DNA of 64,000 bases. It comes from Octopus sinensis. Taxonomy: Eukaryota. Both the position numbers and the translations under genes were made by a program. The notes beneath the pieces were generated by a model that had not been told where the DNA came from, did not search any database, and saw only the letters and a program-made list of their open reading frames with translations. The stretch covers positions 14,570,001-14,634,000 of the forward strand of contig NC_043023.1 of assembly GCF_006345805.1 (NCBI RefSeq). Reading direction: 5' to 3'. Positions 49,126-61,410 of this stretch are shown here, one piece after another (position 1 is the stretch's first letter; each line of letters starts with the position of its first letter).

Positions 49126-50060
49126 GCTGGCTGACGACAGTCAAGGCTGATCTGGAACCCAACCTACGAAGCAATTGCCCCAGCTCCCCTTCAGGGTTGG
49201 CAAAAGCGATGTGGTGGACAACGAAAAACCTGGCTGATGACAGTCAAGGCTGATCTGGAACCCAACCTACGAAGCAATTGCCCCAGCTCCCCTTCAGGGT
49301 TGGCGAAAGTGATGTGGTGGACAACGAAAAACCTGGCTGATGACAGTCAAGGTGATCTGGAACCCAACCTACGAAGCAATTGCCCCAGCTCCCCTTCAGG
49401 GTTGGCGAAAGCGATGTGGTGGACAACGAAAAACCTGGCTGATGACAGTCAAGGCTGATCTGGAACCCAACCTACGAAGCAATTGCCCCAGCTCCCCTTC
49501 AAGGGTTGGCGAAAGCGATGTGGTGGACAACGAAAACCTGCTGATGACAGTCAAGGCTGATCTGGAACCCAACCGACGAAGCAATTGCCCCAGCTCCCCT
49601 TCAGGGTTGGCGAAAGCGATGTGGTGGACAACGAAAAACCTGGCTGATGACAGTCAAGGCTGATCTGGAACCCAACCTACGAAGCAATTGCCCCAGCTTC
49701 CCTTCAGGGTTGGCGAAAGCGATGTGGTGGACAACGAAAAACCTGGCTGATGACAGTCAAGGCTGATCTGGAACCCAACCTACGAAGCAATTGCCCCAGC
49801 TCCCCTTCAGGGTTGGCAAAAGCGATGTGGTGGACAACGAAAAACCTGGCTGATGACAGTCAAGGCTGATCTGGAACCCAACCTAGGCCCCCATATCTAC
49901 AGCGTTCGCTGCTGGAATAAGGAGTGGTTGGAGATCACGCGGTCGTTAGCCTCAAATCACCAGGTCTGGTCGGCATTTGTGAGAGATGCAGCATTGAGGA
50001 TGAATGAAGCCAGCTCAACCCACCCCGGGTGGATGCTGTAAGAAGAAGGAGAAGGAGAAG
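49126..50060 (+). mobile_element. 5'-truncated RTE-clade LINE 3' end whose 5' part is amplified into ~7.3 x 103-bp tandem units
   Basis: Last unit continues into APLQGWRKRCGGQRKTWLMTVKADLEPNLGPHIYSVRCWNKEWLEITRSLASNHQVWSAFVRDA, followed by a (GAA/GGAGAA)n tail. Confidence 0.7.
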
Positions 50061-50204
50061 AATTTGATTATCTGCATACAGGTAAACCCATTACCTGAAG
50101 TATAAATATGACCAATACTTTCCTCAAATGCTGAGTGTCTCAGCCTTGCTTGTTCACAAATCCACATGCTGAGTTTCATTGTAAATTCATCTTTTATTTT
50201 TCTC

Positions 50205-50805
50205 AATGCGTCCATGCTGCCAACAAAGCACGTGGAGTTCTGTTTTTGATTCGACGGTCATTTGGAATGTTCACAGCAGCCATATTCCTACTGCTCTATG
50301 TCACGCTGGTGAGACCCATATTGGAGTACGGGATTCAAGACTCTTCTCCTTATCTCCTCAAAGACATACATCATCTCGAAAGAGTCCAGAAGCTGGCTAC
50401 CCGCATGGTTCTTGGTCTCAAGCATTTGTCTTATGAAGAAAGGCTGAGGACGCTCGACCTTTATTCTCTCGATAAACACCACCGCCGTAGTGATCTCATT
50501 CTCTCTCACAACATCATAAGCGGAAAGTGTAACCTCTCGAAAGAGCTGTTCTTCACTCCGAAAAGCTCTATCGTCAACGATTTCATCTCAATCGAAGGAG
50601 AGGGGCTTTCTCCGTCTGGGTTGCGGATCCGTGGAATAAGCTGCCGGACGAGATGGTGAAGAAGCCGATGACCGCTCGGTTCAAAGTCTCTCTTGACCAG
50701 AAATGGCCTGAACTCTTTGCATGACCACCCTCCCTGTACATAACTCTATGTCCCCCTTCATGGCCTTGCTTTTGCTTTTTGAACCAAAAAATTAAATTAA
50801 CTTAA
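50205..50805 (+). mobile_element. CR1-type LINE 3' fragment (degenerate ORF2 C-terminus and 3' UTR)
   Basis: AANKARGVLFLIRRSF...LYVTLVRPILEYG...LERVQKLATRMVLGLKHLSYEERLRTLDLYSL...PWNKLP; frameshifted; TTAA/CTAA-type tail. Confidence 0.85.
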
Positions 50806-51160
50806 GTTAAAACAACACCTATAGGGAACACTATTAACTATGAATCACAAACACACTCGACTACAAAGCCGCAATGTGATTGGTTGTCTGATTTTAGAAT
50901 TTTATCTTTTTTTTCCTATGTGTGTTGCTTATTACTGCTTTAATGGGAATCTGGAAGAGATTATGTTGAGGCTATGCCCAGTGTACCTGGAATGCGATGC
51001 ATTAGGGTTAAGGAAATGTCATATTGCGAGACCTAATGTGTGTTTGTGGTGATCTTATCAGGTTTAATTGTATGAGATGATGGCAATGTATTTGATAAAT
51101 GATTGTGTGTGTATGTACCCCTACATTACATTTGGTGTGTATCTATTATGTATGTATGTT

Positions 51161-51392
51161 AGGCGGTGAGCTGGCAGAAACGTTAGTGCGCCGGGCAAAA
51201 TGCTTAGCGGTATTTTGTCTGCCGCTACGTTCTGAGTTCAAATTCCGCCGAGGTCGACTTTGCCTTTCATCCCTTTCGGGGTCGATAAATAAAGTACCAT
51301 TTTCGCACTGGGGTCGATGTAATCGACTTAATCCCTTTGTCTGTCCTTGTTTGTCCCATATATGTTAAGCCCCTTGTGGGCAGTAAAGAAAT
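51161..51392 (+). mobile_element. SINE family B (GGCGGTGAGCTGGCAG head; GAGGTCGACTTTGCCTTTCATCC domain), representative monomer
   Basis: Many copies with at least three alternative tails. Multimers at 7710-8120, 9725-10090, 19226-20126, 42176-42890 and 43927-44700; serial copies at 61580-62430. Confidence 0.85.
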
Positions 51393-51409
51393 ATATTATG
51401 TATGTATGT

Positions 51410-51790
51410 ATGTTTTTCTTTGAGTTTTATTGGACTTTTTCTAACAGAGTTCAAGCTGGTTGCTAACAAAGTGACAAGACTTTTTGAGTTAAGAGGGTTT
51501 GCAGTGTTTATAAATATGTCGTTAAGCTGGCACTGTATGTATGTTTTTTCTTTGAGTTTTGAGTTATTGAGAGGTTTCAAGCCAGTCGCTAACAGAGTGA
51601 CAAGGTTTTTGAGTTAAGAGAGTTCCCAGTGTTTGTAAATATGTCTTTAAGTTGGTGTTTTGGTTGAGCTGACGATGTATGTATGTTTTATCAAAATTCT
51701 TGAGAGGTTTCAAGCCGGTTGCTAACAAAGTGACAAGGTTTTTGAGTTGAGAGAGTTCCCAGTGTGTGTAAATATGTAGTTGAGTTAGTG
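51410..51790. repeat. Degenerate ~120-bp tandem repeat (3 copies)
   Basis: GCTAACA(A/G)AGTGACAAG...TTTTGAGTT(A/G)AGAG recurs at ~51461, 51588 and 51721. Confidence 0.7.
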
Positions 51791-52744
51791 TGTTTGTTGA
51801 GCTGCTGATGCATACACCCAAGTGTGTGTGTCTTCTCATATAAAAATATCAGATGGAGAGTTTTTGGAATATCTTACAGATCTTCACTGTGCCACTAATA
51901 AATTAGGTTTCTCCATCGCAAAATTCAGTGAATGGCTGGCATATTCGAACTGATAATAACATTGCTTTTACACCACATCACTACTTAGCGCTCCCACCCC
52001 GTCATTTACTTACGGTCAGCTGCAGATTAGTGCTAATCAGTCGCTGTATGGTGATTGAAGTAGCATAAGAGAAACGATCTCTTTTATCAATTTGCAGTGT
52101 CCCCCTGCCTAGAGTCTGTGGCCGAAGGGGAGATGACCATTCTGAAATGCATCTCACAGTCTCAACAGGTGGCACTACAAACTGATTTTGGTATTTTTAC
52201 ACCATTTGTCTACAGCGAGAAATTTTCTCCATGGCAAAACACAGTGAATGGCCTGTTTAGAAGTCCCAAACATGCCACTGGCATATCTGAACTTGTAACA
52301 ACATTACATTTATACCTATTTCTTTATTACCCACAAGGGGCTAAACATAGAGGGGACAAACAAGGATAGACATAGGTATTAAGTCGACTACATTGACCCC
52401 AGTGCGTAACTGGTACTTAATGTATCGACCCCGAAAGGATGAAAGGCAAAGTCGACCTTGGCGGAATTTGAACTCACAACATGGCGGCAGATGAAATACC
52501 GCTAAGCATTTCGCCCAGCGTGCTAACGTTTCTGCCAGCTCGCCACCTTACATTTATACCACATCCCTGCTTGATGCTCCCCCTCTGTGTAACGAACCTT
52601 AGCTGTAAATAGGTGACACAGTAGTATAGTTCATCGTACTGTGTCTACAACCAAGGTACTTCACTACCAACACTTCAGTCTACTTACCGTAAGCAGGTAC
52701 CACATTGTGGTAGAGTTCAGTGTATTATGTCCATGCCTGAGATA

Positions 52745-53860
52745 CTTAACTCGTTAGCATTCAGATTGATCTATCAAATGTAATACTCATTTATTCATCA
52801 TCATCATCATCGTTTAGCGTCCGTTTTCCATGCTAGCATGGGTCGGACGGTTGGCCGGGGTCTGGGAAGCCAGGAGGTTGCGCCAGATTCATGTTTTGAA
52901 TTAATCATGCATTACCACATAGCTTCAAGATTTTGGTGATGTGATTGTTTATTTATAGAGCGACATTGTAGGGTATGTGTGAGAGTTCAGATCTGGCTGG
53001 TTTTAATATAAAACAGAATATTTGGGTCAACCTGGCCAGTTTAACTCACTAGCAATCGGATCATTCTGTCAAAAGTATTGTTTTGAATTTAATCTTGCAT
53101 TGTTTCATAGCTTTGAGCTTATTTTTAGAATGACATTGTAGGGTAGGTGTGAGAGGCCAGACCCTTTTGGTCTGAACATAAAACAAATAGATTATTCTGT
53201 CAAATGTTATGTTTATTCATTCACGTTGTTTTGAATTAATTATGGATTATCTCAAGATTTTGATGTTGTGAATGACATTGTAGGGTAGGTGTGAGAGGTC
53301 GGATCCGGTTGGTTTGAACATAGAACAGAATATTTAGGCTGGACATGGCCAGTTTAATCTCTTAGTATTCAGATTACTCTGTCAAATATAATTCTTATTT
53401 TCTCAAAGCTTTGAGATTTCAATAATGTGATTGTTTATTTTTAGAATGACATTGTAGGGTATGTGTGATAGGCTGGATCTAGTCATTTTGGTATATATAG
53501 CCAGTTCAACCCTTTAACATTCAGATTACTGTCAGATGTAATGATTATTTATTCACATTATTTGGAATTATGCATTATTTTGAGATTTTGATGATGTGAA
53601 CAACATTGTAGGATATGTACAAGAGGTCAGATCTGGCCGGTTTTAACATAAAACAGGTAGAATATTTGAGCTGGACGTGGCCAGCTTCACGCTTTAGTAT
53701 TCAGATCACTGTCAAATTTAGGGCTTATTTATTTTCATTGTTTTCAATTAATTATTGAATTAATTTCAAGATTTTAACGATGGGAATAATAATGCAGGAA
53801 TGGTGTGAGAGGCCAGATCCGATGAGTTTGAACATAAAACAGGTAGAATATTTGGGCCGA
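52745..53860. repeat. Degenerate tandem array (~6 x ~165 bp) of a MITE-like unit
   Basis: GACATTGTAGGGTA(G/T)GTGTGAGAGG recurs at ~52964, 53133, 53274, 53449, 53603 and 53800. A monomer lies at 46875-47090. Confidence 0.7.
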
Positions 53861-54188
53861 AAGCAGTGGCTCCCAAACCTTTTCGGGTTGTCGCCCCCTC
53901 GGCACATGGGCCCCCCATTCCTAGTGCCCACTGCCTCCCACTCTGCACCACAAAACATGGCCACTTTCTGTAACAAATTCAAAACAACTGTATTTCACAA
54001 ATAAAACTTTACCTAATTAACTCATTATATTTGGGGTGGGTGGGTGGGTGTTATATCCATTGCTCCCTTTGAGCTACTCTGTTACTGCCCCACTTTTCTT
54101 CAACATGCCCCTGGATCTTTCCACTGCCCCCAGTAGGTTAGTACCACCTACTTTGGGAACTACTGTGCTATGTGCTAAAGGTTTAATA

Positions 54189-54407
54189 CAGTGGTTTTCA
54201 ACCAGGGTTCCACGGAACCTTAGGGTTTTGCCAGTACAGTCCAGGGGTTCCGCAAGAAGTTACAAAACTGCTAAAATCGGCAGTAATTTATAATTCTCCT
54301 GTGCAGATATGTGTGCATAAGACTATTAAATTATTGCACAGGGGTTCCTCGAGCCAGTGGAATGTTACCTTGGGGTTCCGCTCTAGCAAAAAGGTTGAAA
54401 AGCACTG
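54189..54407. mobile_element. hAT (Charlie-like) MITE, CAGTG...CACTG, 8-bp TSD GTTTAATA
   Basis: Second copy at 57748-57948; a different CAGTG-type MITE lies at 53864-54165. Confidence 0.75.
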
Positions 54408-54782
54408 GTTTAACCCTTTCGTTACTGTATTTATTTTGAGATCTTTTGTGTTTCTTTCAATTATTTAAAATATATCAAAGAATTTAGTAAACTAACTTAG
54501 TTATCATTCAGCTAGTATTAGGAACATAAATTGTAACTAAGGCTTGGTGGAATATCTTAATTCAAAACTTATGAAAACAAGACATTTTACCACAGAGCCA
54601 GAGCCGGGTTAGTAACAAACGGGTTAATAAATGCCAACAGCACAGTCCACCTAGCTGAATGTAGGTGCCACGCTAGTACACAACAACACCAACAATGCGA
54701 TAGATACCTTGTAAAGCTCCCCAGGAATTCTACATGTTTTCTCGTCACTCATGTCTTTTATGTTTCCGTCTGTTTTTTGCAG

Positions 54783-54872
54783 AGGCTCCGCGACCAGATT
54801 AAAACATGGGTGGCTTCAAGCGATGTGAAGGACAAACAGGTTTTGACTGACAACCGGAAGCTAATTGAAATG
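54783..54872 (+). CDS. CNOT3: CNOT3 coding exon 4 ([30 protein letters not shown])
   Basis: tgttttttgcag|AGG CTC...GAA ATG|gtaggt; 90 bp; conserved RLRDQIKTW motif. Confidence 0.97.
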
Positions 54873-54924
54873 GTAGGTGCCAGGTGTCTTTCTACACAGA
54901 TTCCAAAGGCTGTTGGCAACATGG

Positions 54925-55615
54925 GGATCTTTTCCTTTTGAATGGCAGTTTTCAACACAATTTCTAGTTAACTAAACACTTTAAAACTTCGTATACTGGT
55001 AGAATGTGTCAAAATAAAACATTTTTTTCTCTTGGCTTTCTTGAGAAAATTGTAATTTGTAAGTTTAACGTAGTTTAATTTTTCGAATTTTAACCAATCC
55101 TATGCCCTCTATTGAGCTAAAATCATTTGCTGCGTCTAAAACTGAGGCAACACCCTCACCCTAAATTTTTGCCTTTCGTTTCTTTTTTCTTAATTGTTAA
55201 ATTAATTTAAGGATAACAATTAAGAAAAAAAAAACGAAAGGCTAAAACGAAAGCAATGGAAAATAATTTAAACAATTAACAAACAAAATAATTCTATGAT
55301 TTTATACACGCTTTTTCCGTACGTTACACGTGTAACAATTAAACTAATTTAACAATTAAGAAAAAAAAAATTTAGGGTGAGGGTTAGTGACGGGATGTTG
55401 TCTCAGTTTTAGACGCAGCAAATGATTTTAGCTCAATAGAGGGCATAGGATTGGTTAAAATTCGAAAAATTAAACTACGTTAAACTTACAAATTAGAATT
55501 TTCTCAAGAAAGCCAAGAGAAAAAAATGTTTTATTTTGACACATTCTACCAGTATACGAAGTTTTAAAGTGTTTAGTTAACTAGAAATTGTCTGCCGTTC
55601 AAAAGGAAAAGATCC
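54925..55615. mobile_element. Foldback MITE with GG-starting TIRs and 8-bp TSD (Merlin-like)
   Basis: CAACATGG|GGATCTTTTCCTTTTGAATGGCAG...CTGCCGTTCAAAAGGAAAAGATCC|CAACATGG; ~250-bp near-perfect inverted arms. Confidence 0.8.
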
Positions 55616-56239
55616 CAACATGGTGATGTGTTTCGATTCTTGTTGAAGTCTTGGGGTTTGTGTATATATTATCTCAGTGTATTACTCTTTTTTTTTTCTT
55701 AATTCTTTTATTTGTTTCAGTCACTTGACTGCGGCCATGCTGGAGCACCGCCTTCAGTCGTACAAATCGACCCCAGAACTTATTCTTTGTAAGCCTAGTA
55801 CTTATTCTATCGGTCTCTTTTGCCGAACCACTAAGTTACGAGGACGTAAACACACCAGCATCGGTTGTCAAGCGATGTTGGGGTACAAACATATACACAC
55901 ACATATATATACACATATATACAACAGGCTTCTTTCAGTTTCCGTCTACCAAATCCACTCACAAGGCTTTGGTCGGCCCCAGGCTATAGTATAAGACACT
56001 TGCCCAAGGATAAAATTATTAAACAGAGCAATACAATAGTATTGCTTCAGAGTAAAACAAAGCACCATCGGGTTAAAAGTATAAATATAGTGTTGTGGTA
56101 CAACAGTGCACCAATATTTGCTGGAGATAGCGTCTGGTTGTACATTTATTTAATGTAGTTCCTACAAGTAAGATGAAATTTTTGAAGTTTGCTGCCCGTA
56201 AACATTTTTGCCAGTATATACACAGACATGCAGGAAGTA

Positions 56240-56615
56240 AATAGACTCCTTTAATTTTCAAAATCTTTTATTTGATATTAATTGGTTGAGGGAAAGGTTT
56301 TTTTCTAGCTGCATGTTCATAAAAGCCAAGCTTATGCAGATATGTAACACACCTTCTTGGACTAACTTCTAGCTGTTTTGCAATGTCAGAAGCCTTTGAA
56401 ATTGGTTTGTTTTCCACAATTTTCTTCAAACAGCAAAGCTTCCTTTCCGGCACGAGAATCTGTTGATTTTTTTCCGTGGCTTTTGAATTGCACTATAATT
56501 CTATTCACAGTAGTAAGAGGAATTTGAAGATTTTCAGCAATTTTTCGCTGGCTAAGATCAGCCTCAGTTTGCCCAAATCTGACAGTTTTGCTGAATTTTT
56601 TGTGCGTGGCATGAT
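56240..56615 (-). mobile_element. Tc1/mariner transposase remnant (N-terminal HTH region)
   Basis: Minus-strand fragments ...LSQRKIAENLQIPLTTVNRIIVQFK... and ...KIVENKPISKASDIAKQLEVSPRRCVTYLHKLGFYEHAARKKP; frameshifted. Confidence 0.7.
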
Positions 56616-57355
56616 TACTCTTTGCAAATGTTTAGTATAATGGCACTTTGAATAAAAATGAATAATTACATTGTAAATTCTATACCGCTGAAAACATATT
56701 AAGACACTTAGATCAGAAATTTTGAAAATTTAAGGCGATATATATGTATATATATATACTTTATTTAAAGCAGCAGAAAATTCAACAATTGTTGAATTTT
56801 CTGCTGCTTTAAATAAAGCATACTACCACTGGTATTTGAGTACTCTTTTTTCCACCTTGTTTCACATTTATGTGTTTACTCCGGTATATATATATATATA
56901 AATAGATAGATAGTTATATAGCGGTATATATATCTATGCATGCATGTGTGAGTATAATTATAATTAGGGTTCAGCAAAAGAATTTGCTTCACTACATACT
57001 GAACTTTAGAAATAGCAGCCAAAGAACCTAAAGTTCGGTATGTGGTGAAGCAAATTTTTTTGCTGAACCCTAATTATAATTATACTCATAATTATAAAAT
57101 ATTGTTTAAGTTTACCGTAAATAGTCCTTTTAACTTTCATAATGCTACTTGGTAGAATTATTAATTATTAATTAATTAATTAATTTTACCCTTTATTATT
57201 ATGGATAATATATATATATATATATATGCATGCATGTTTGTTTATATTTATGTGTGTGATTGAACATGTTGATTTTCTTACCATTCTGTCATCTCCTAAT
57301 ACACATCCCTAATACGGCAAATCCCTTACTTTCAATTTTTCTTTTGTCTTTGAAG

Positions 57356-57484
57356 CAAATGGAGAGGTTTAAGATTGTGGAGAAGGAGACGAAGACCAAA
57401 GCATATTCCAAAGAAGGTCTGGGAGCAGCGGCCAAAATGGACCCGGTCACCAAAGAGAAGGGCGAAACAATAAACTGGTTATCT
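57356..57484 (+). CDS. CNOT3: CNOT3 coding exon 5 ([43 protein letters not shown])
   Basis: cttttgtctttgaag|CAA ATG...TTA TCT|gtaagt; 129 bp; conserved [18 protein letters not shown] motif. Confidence 0.97.
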
Positions 57485-60130
57485 GTAAGTATTCGACAGA
57501 CCAGGCCCTTAACCATTGATTCTGTTCTCAATGTTATTGTTAATGCCTTCATTTTAGGGAGTTGTATGTCTTTATATAGGTGAGTTGCATGGCTTAGTGG
57601 TTAAGGTGTTAGTCATGAATCTGGGTCCCTCCCTTTTTTTTTGTGGGACCAGTACTAATGAAGTCACGAAATGACATGACCCCCCTCAAGTGAAGGAAGG
57701 CGTAGTATAGAGAGAGGTGGCTTTATGCAAGGTGATAAGAGTTAGAGCAGTGGTTTTCAACCAGGGTTCCGCCAGTACAGTCCAGGGGTTCCGCAAGAAG
57801 TTACAAAACTGCTAAAATCGGCAGTAATTTTTAATTCTCCTGTGCAGATATGTGTGCATAAGACTATTAAATTATTGCACAGGGGTTCCTCGAGTCAGTG
57901 GAATGTTTCCTTGGGGTTCCACTCCAGCAAAAAGTTTGAAAAGCACTGGTTTAGAGTATGACAAAAGGGCAAAAAATGGTTTTTTATAGTTAGGGGGATA
58001 TATGGATACTCCAGTTGGAAAAGAGAGAGAAAAGGGAGATGGTTGTGATGCATTACTCTTTTACTTGTTTCAGTCATTTGACTGTGGCCATGCTGGAGCA
58101 CCACCTTTTAGTCAAGCAAACCGACCCCAGGACTTATTCTTTGTAAGCCTAGTACTTATTCTATCAGTCTCTTTTGCTGACCCGTTAAGTTAGGGGAATG
58201 TAAACACACCAGTATCGGTTGTCAAGCGATGTTGGGGGCACAAACACAGACACGCAAACATATACACATACATACATACACGACGGACTTCTTTGAGTTT
58301 CCGTCTACGAAATTTACTCACAAGGCTTTGGTCTGCCCGAGGCTATAGTAGAAGACACTTGCCCGAGGTGCCACACAGTAGGACTGAACCCGGAACCATG
58401 TGGTTGGTAAGCAAGCTACTGCCCTAACCACTGGGCCATTGCGCCTCGGTATATATATGTGTGTGTGTGTTTGTCCCCAACATCGTTTGACAACCAATGG
58501 TAGTGTGTTTATGTCCCCGTAACTTAGCGGTTCGGCAAAAGAGCTGATAGAATAAGTACTAGGCTTACAAAGAATAAGTCCTGGGGTCGATTTGCTTGAC
58601 TAAAGGCGGTGCTCCACATGGTCACAGTCAAATGACTGAATCAAGTAAAAGAGTAAAAGAATATGTGTGTGTATACTGTAATAGGGTGTATATTTGTCAT
58701 GTAGAGAGGATTGCCTACAAATGGCAGATTTAAATATGTTTTTAATATAGTACTGAAGAAATGTAATTGTTACTTAAGTTTCATGCTAAACTCGTAGTTT
58801 AAATTCCTACAGTGAGCAAACTCCGGTTTAGACTATGGTTTTGGTATGAAACTTAGATTACAATTATATTTAATTTTATGGAGATGTACTTGCATAGCAA
58901 GTGACTTGACCTGAAACAAATGTGCTGAAACAAAATGATTGCAGCGTGGGAAATATTTTGTTAAATTTAATTTCAATGTTGAAGTGAATCTAACAGTTTT
59001 TGTGTGTTTTTAAATGGCTTATAAACACCTTCTATGCTGCACTTTAAGTACTGTATAAAAAATTGCTTGTACATTTGTATATCACAAGCAAAATGAGCTA
59101 AGGGAAATAACTCAGAGTTGCTAAAAGGAAGGATTTGAATATGAAAAGTATGATAGAAAAACAGAAAAAGTTGGTAGGTTGCTAAGTGTATCAGAGTGAG
59201 AAGAATGTGACGAACGATTAGAGATAGGGAATGAGTTGGGCACAGAAGATATCAGTTTTGGAGGAAGGGGACAACAAAAAAGAAGAAAGTTATATGAAAT
59301 GCTGCACAAGGCACGGGAGTGGCTGTGTGGTAAGTAGCTTGCTTACCAACCACATGGTTCCGGGTTCAGTCCCACTGCGTGGCACCTTGGGCAGGTGTCT
59401 TCTACTAGAGCCTCGGGCCGACCAAAGCCTTGTGAGTGGATTTGGTAGACGGAAACTGAAAGAAGCCTGTCGTATATATGTATATAGGTGCAGGAGTGGC
59501 TGTGTGGTAAGTAGCTTGCTTACCAACCAAATGGTTCCGGGTTCAGTCCCACTGCATGGCACTTTGGGCAAGTGTCTTCTACTATAGCTTTGGGCCGACC
59601 TAAGCCTTGTGAGGGGATTTGGTAGGTGGAAACTGAAAGAAGCCTGTCGTATATATCTGTGTGTCTGTTTGTTTGTTTCCCCCACACACCATCACTTGAC
59701 AACTGATGTTGGTGTGTTTATGTCCCCGTAACTTAGCGGTTTGGCAAAAAGTGACCGATAGAATAAGTACTAGGCTTATAAAGAATAAGCCTTCTGGTCG
59801 ATCTGTTCAACTAAAGGCAGTGCTCCAGCATGGCTGCAGACAAATAACTGAAACAGATAAGAGGGGGAAAAAAATGAGTGAAATCATCTTTGTTTTGAGA
59901 GAAATTAAACAAAATTCTGATTGCTAATGACTGAATAACGAGGTAATCTTAAAGAATGAAAGTGTCATGGATTGCCTTTTTTCTGGAAGAAAGAGGACAA
60001 CTTTGTACATGTTTCCCCTCGATAAACATCATTAGCACAGCATTATTTTGATTAAATGTTCGTGTATTATATATATATGTGTGTGTGAACATTATTTTTA
60101 ATGCTTTCTTTTTTTTTCTTTCTTCTGCAG

Positions 60131-60226
60131 CATTCTATAGATGACTTAAATATGCAGCTAGACAAATTTGAAAGTGAGTTAGAGACTATAGTTGCAGGGT
60201 CCAAAAAGAAAAAACTAGACAAAGAG
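60131..60226 (+). CDS. CNOT3: CNOT3 coding exon 6 (HSIDDLNMQLDKFESELETIVAGSKKKKLDKE); gene continues beyond window
   Basis: tttcttctgcag|CAT TCT...AAA GAG|gtttgt; 96 bp; in frame with exon 5 and similar to the recalled CNOT3 segment IDTLNMQVDQFESE...KKKGDKD. Confidence 0.93.
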
Positions 60227-60489
60227 GTTTGTTCCTGTTCTTTTTATTGTTGTTGTTGTTGTTGTTATTGTTAAGGTGGAAAGCTGGCAGATTAATTATA
60301 ATTCTGAGCAAAATTCTTAACAATATTTCATCCATTTTTACATTCTGAGTTCAGATTCCCTAAATGCTGACCTCGCCTTTCATTCTTTTGGGGTTGATAA
60401 AATAAGTACCAGTTAATCACTGGGGTTGATATATGTAATTGACTACTCCTCCTGCCCCGATTGCTGCCTGTGCCAAAATTTGAAACCCA

Positions 60490-61410
60490 TGCCGGTGGCA
60501 TGTTAAAAGCACCATGTGGATGTGGTCGATGCCAGTGCCCCTTGACTGGCTCCCATGCCAGTGGCACGTAAAAGGCACCATCCAGATAGGGTCGAAACCA
60601 GTGCCCTTCTGACTGGCTCCTATGCCGGTGGCACATAAAAAACACCATCAGAATGTGGTTGATGCCAGTGCCCCCTGACTGGCTCCCTTGCCAGTGGCAC
60701 GTAAAAGGCACCATCCAAATGGGCTCGATACCAGTGCCCTTCTGACTGGCTCCTATGCCGGTGGCACATAAAAAACACCATCAGAATGTGGTTGATGCCA
60801 GTGCCCCCTGACTGGCTCCCTTGCCAGTGGCACGTAAAAGGCACCATCCAAATGGGCTCGATACCAGTGCCCTTCTGACTGGCTCCTATGCCGGTGGCAC
60901 ATAAAAAACACCATCAGAATGTGGTTGATGCCAGTGCCCCCTGACTGGCTCCCTTGCCAGTGGCACGTAAAAGGCACCATCCAAATGGGCTCGATACCAG
61001 TGCCCTTCTGACTGGCTCCTATGCCGGTGGCACATAAAAAACACCATCAGAATGTGGTTGATGCCAGTGCCCCCTGACTGGCTCCCATGCTGGTGGCACG
61101 TAAAAAGCACCATGTGAATGTAGTTGATGTCAGTGCCCCCTGACTGGCTCCCGTGCCGGTGCGGCATAAAAAGCATCATCTGCATGTGGTCGATGCCAGT
61201 GGCAGGTAAAAGGCACCATCAGAATATGGCCGATACCAGTGCCCCCTGACTGGCTCCCATGCCAGTGGGGTGTAAAAGGCACCATCTGCATGTGGTCGAT
61301 GCCACTGCCCACTAACTGGCTCCTGTGCCGGTGGCTTGTAAAAAGCACCATCCGAATGTGGTGGATGCCAGTGTCACCTGACTGGCTCCCGTGCCGGTGG
61401 CATGTAAAAA
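60490..61410 (+). repeat. Family C internal minisatellite with 133-bp dimeric period
   Basis: The ORF track shows identical peptides offset by 133 bp (60620/60753); the ~66-bp monomer alternates between two variants. Confidence 0.85.

Noticed and set aside
49230-49860. CTGATGA followed by a CAG..CTG hairpin in each 103-bp unit as a hammerhead array
   Set aside because: No GAAA follows stem II and there is no NUH/stem I geometry; the sequence is LINE coding DNA (LMTV).
57260-57583. 107-aa ORF as a separate gene
   Set aside because: It is CNOT3 exon 5 read through its flanking intron sequence.
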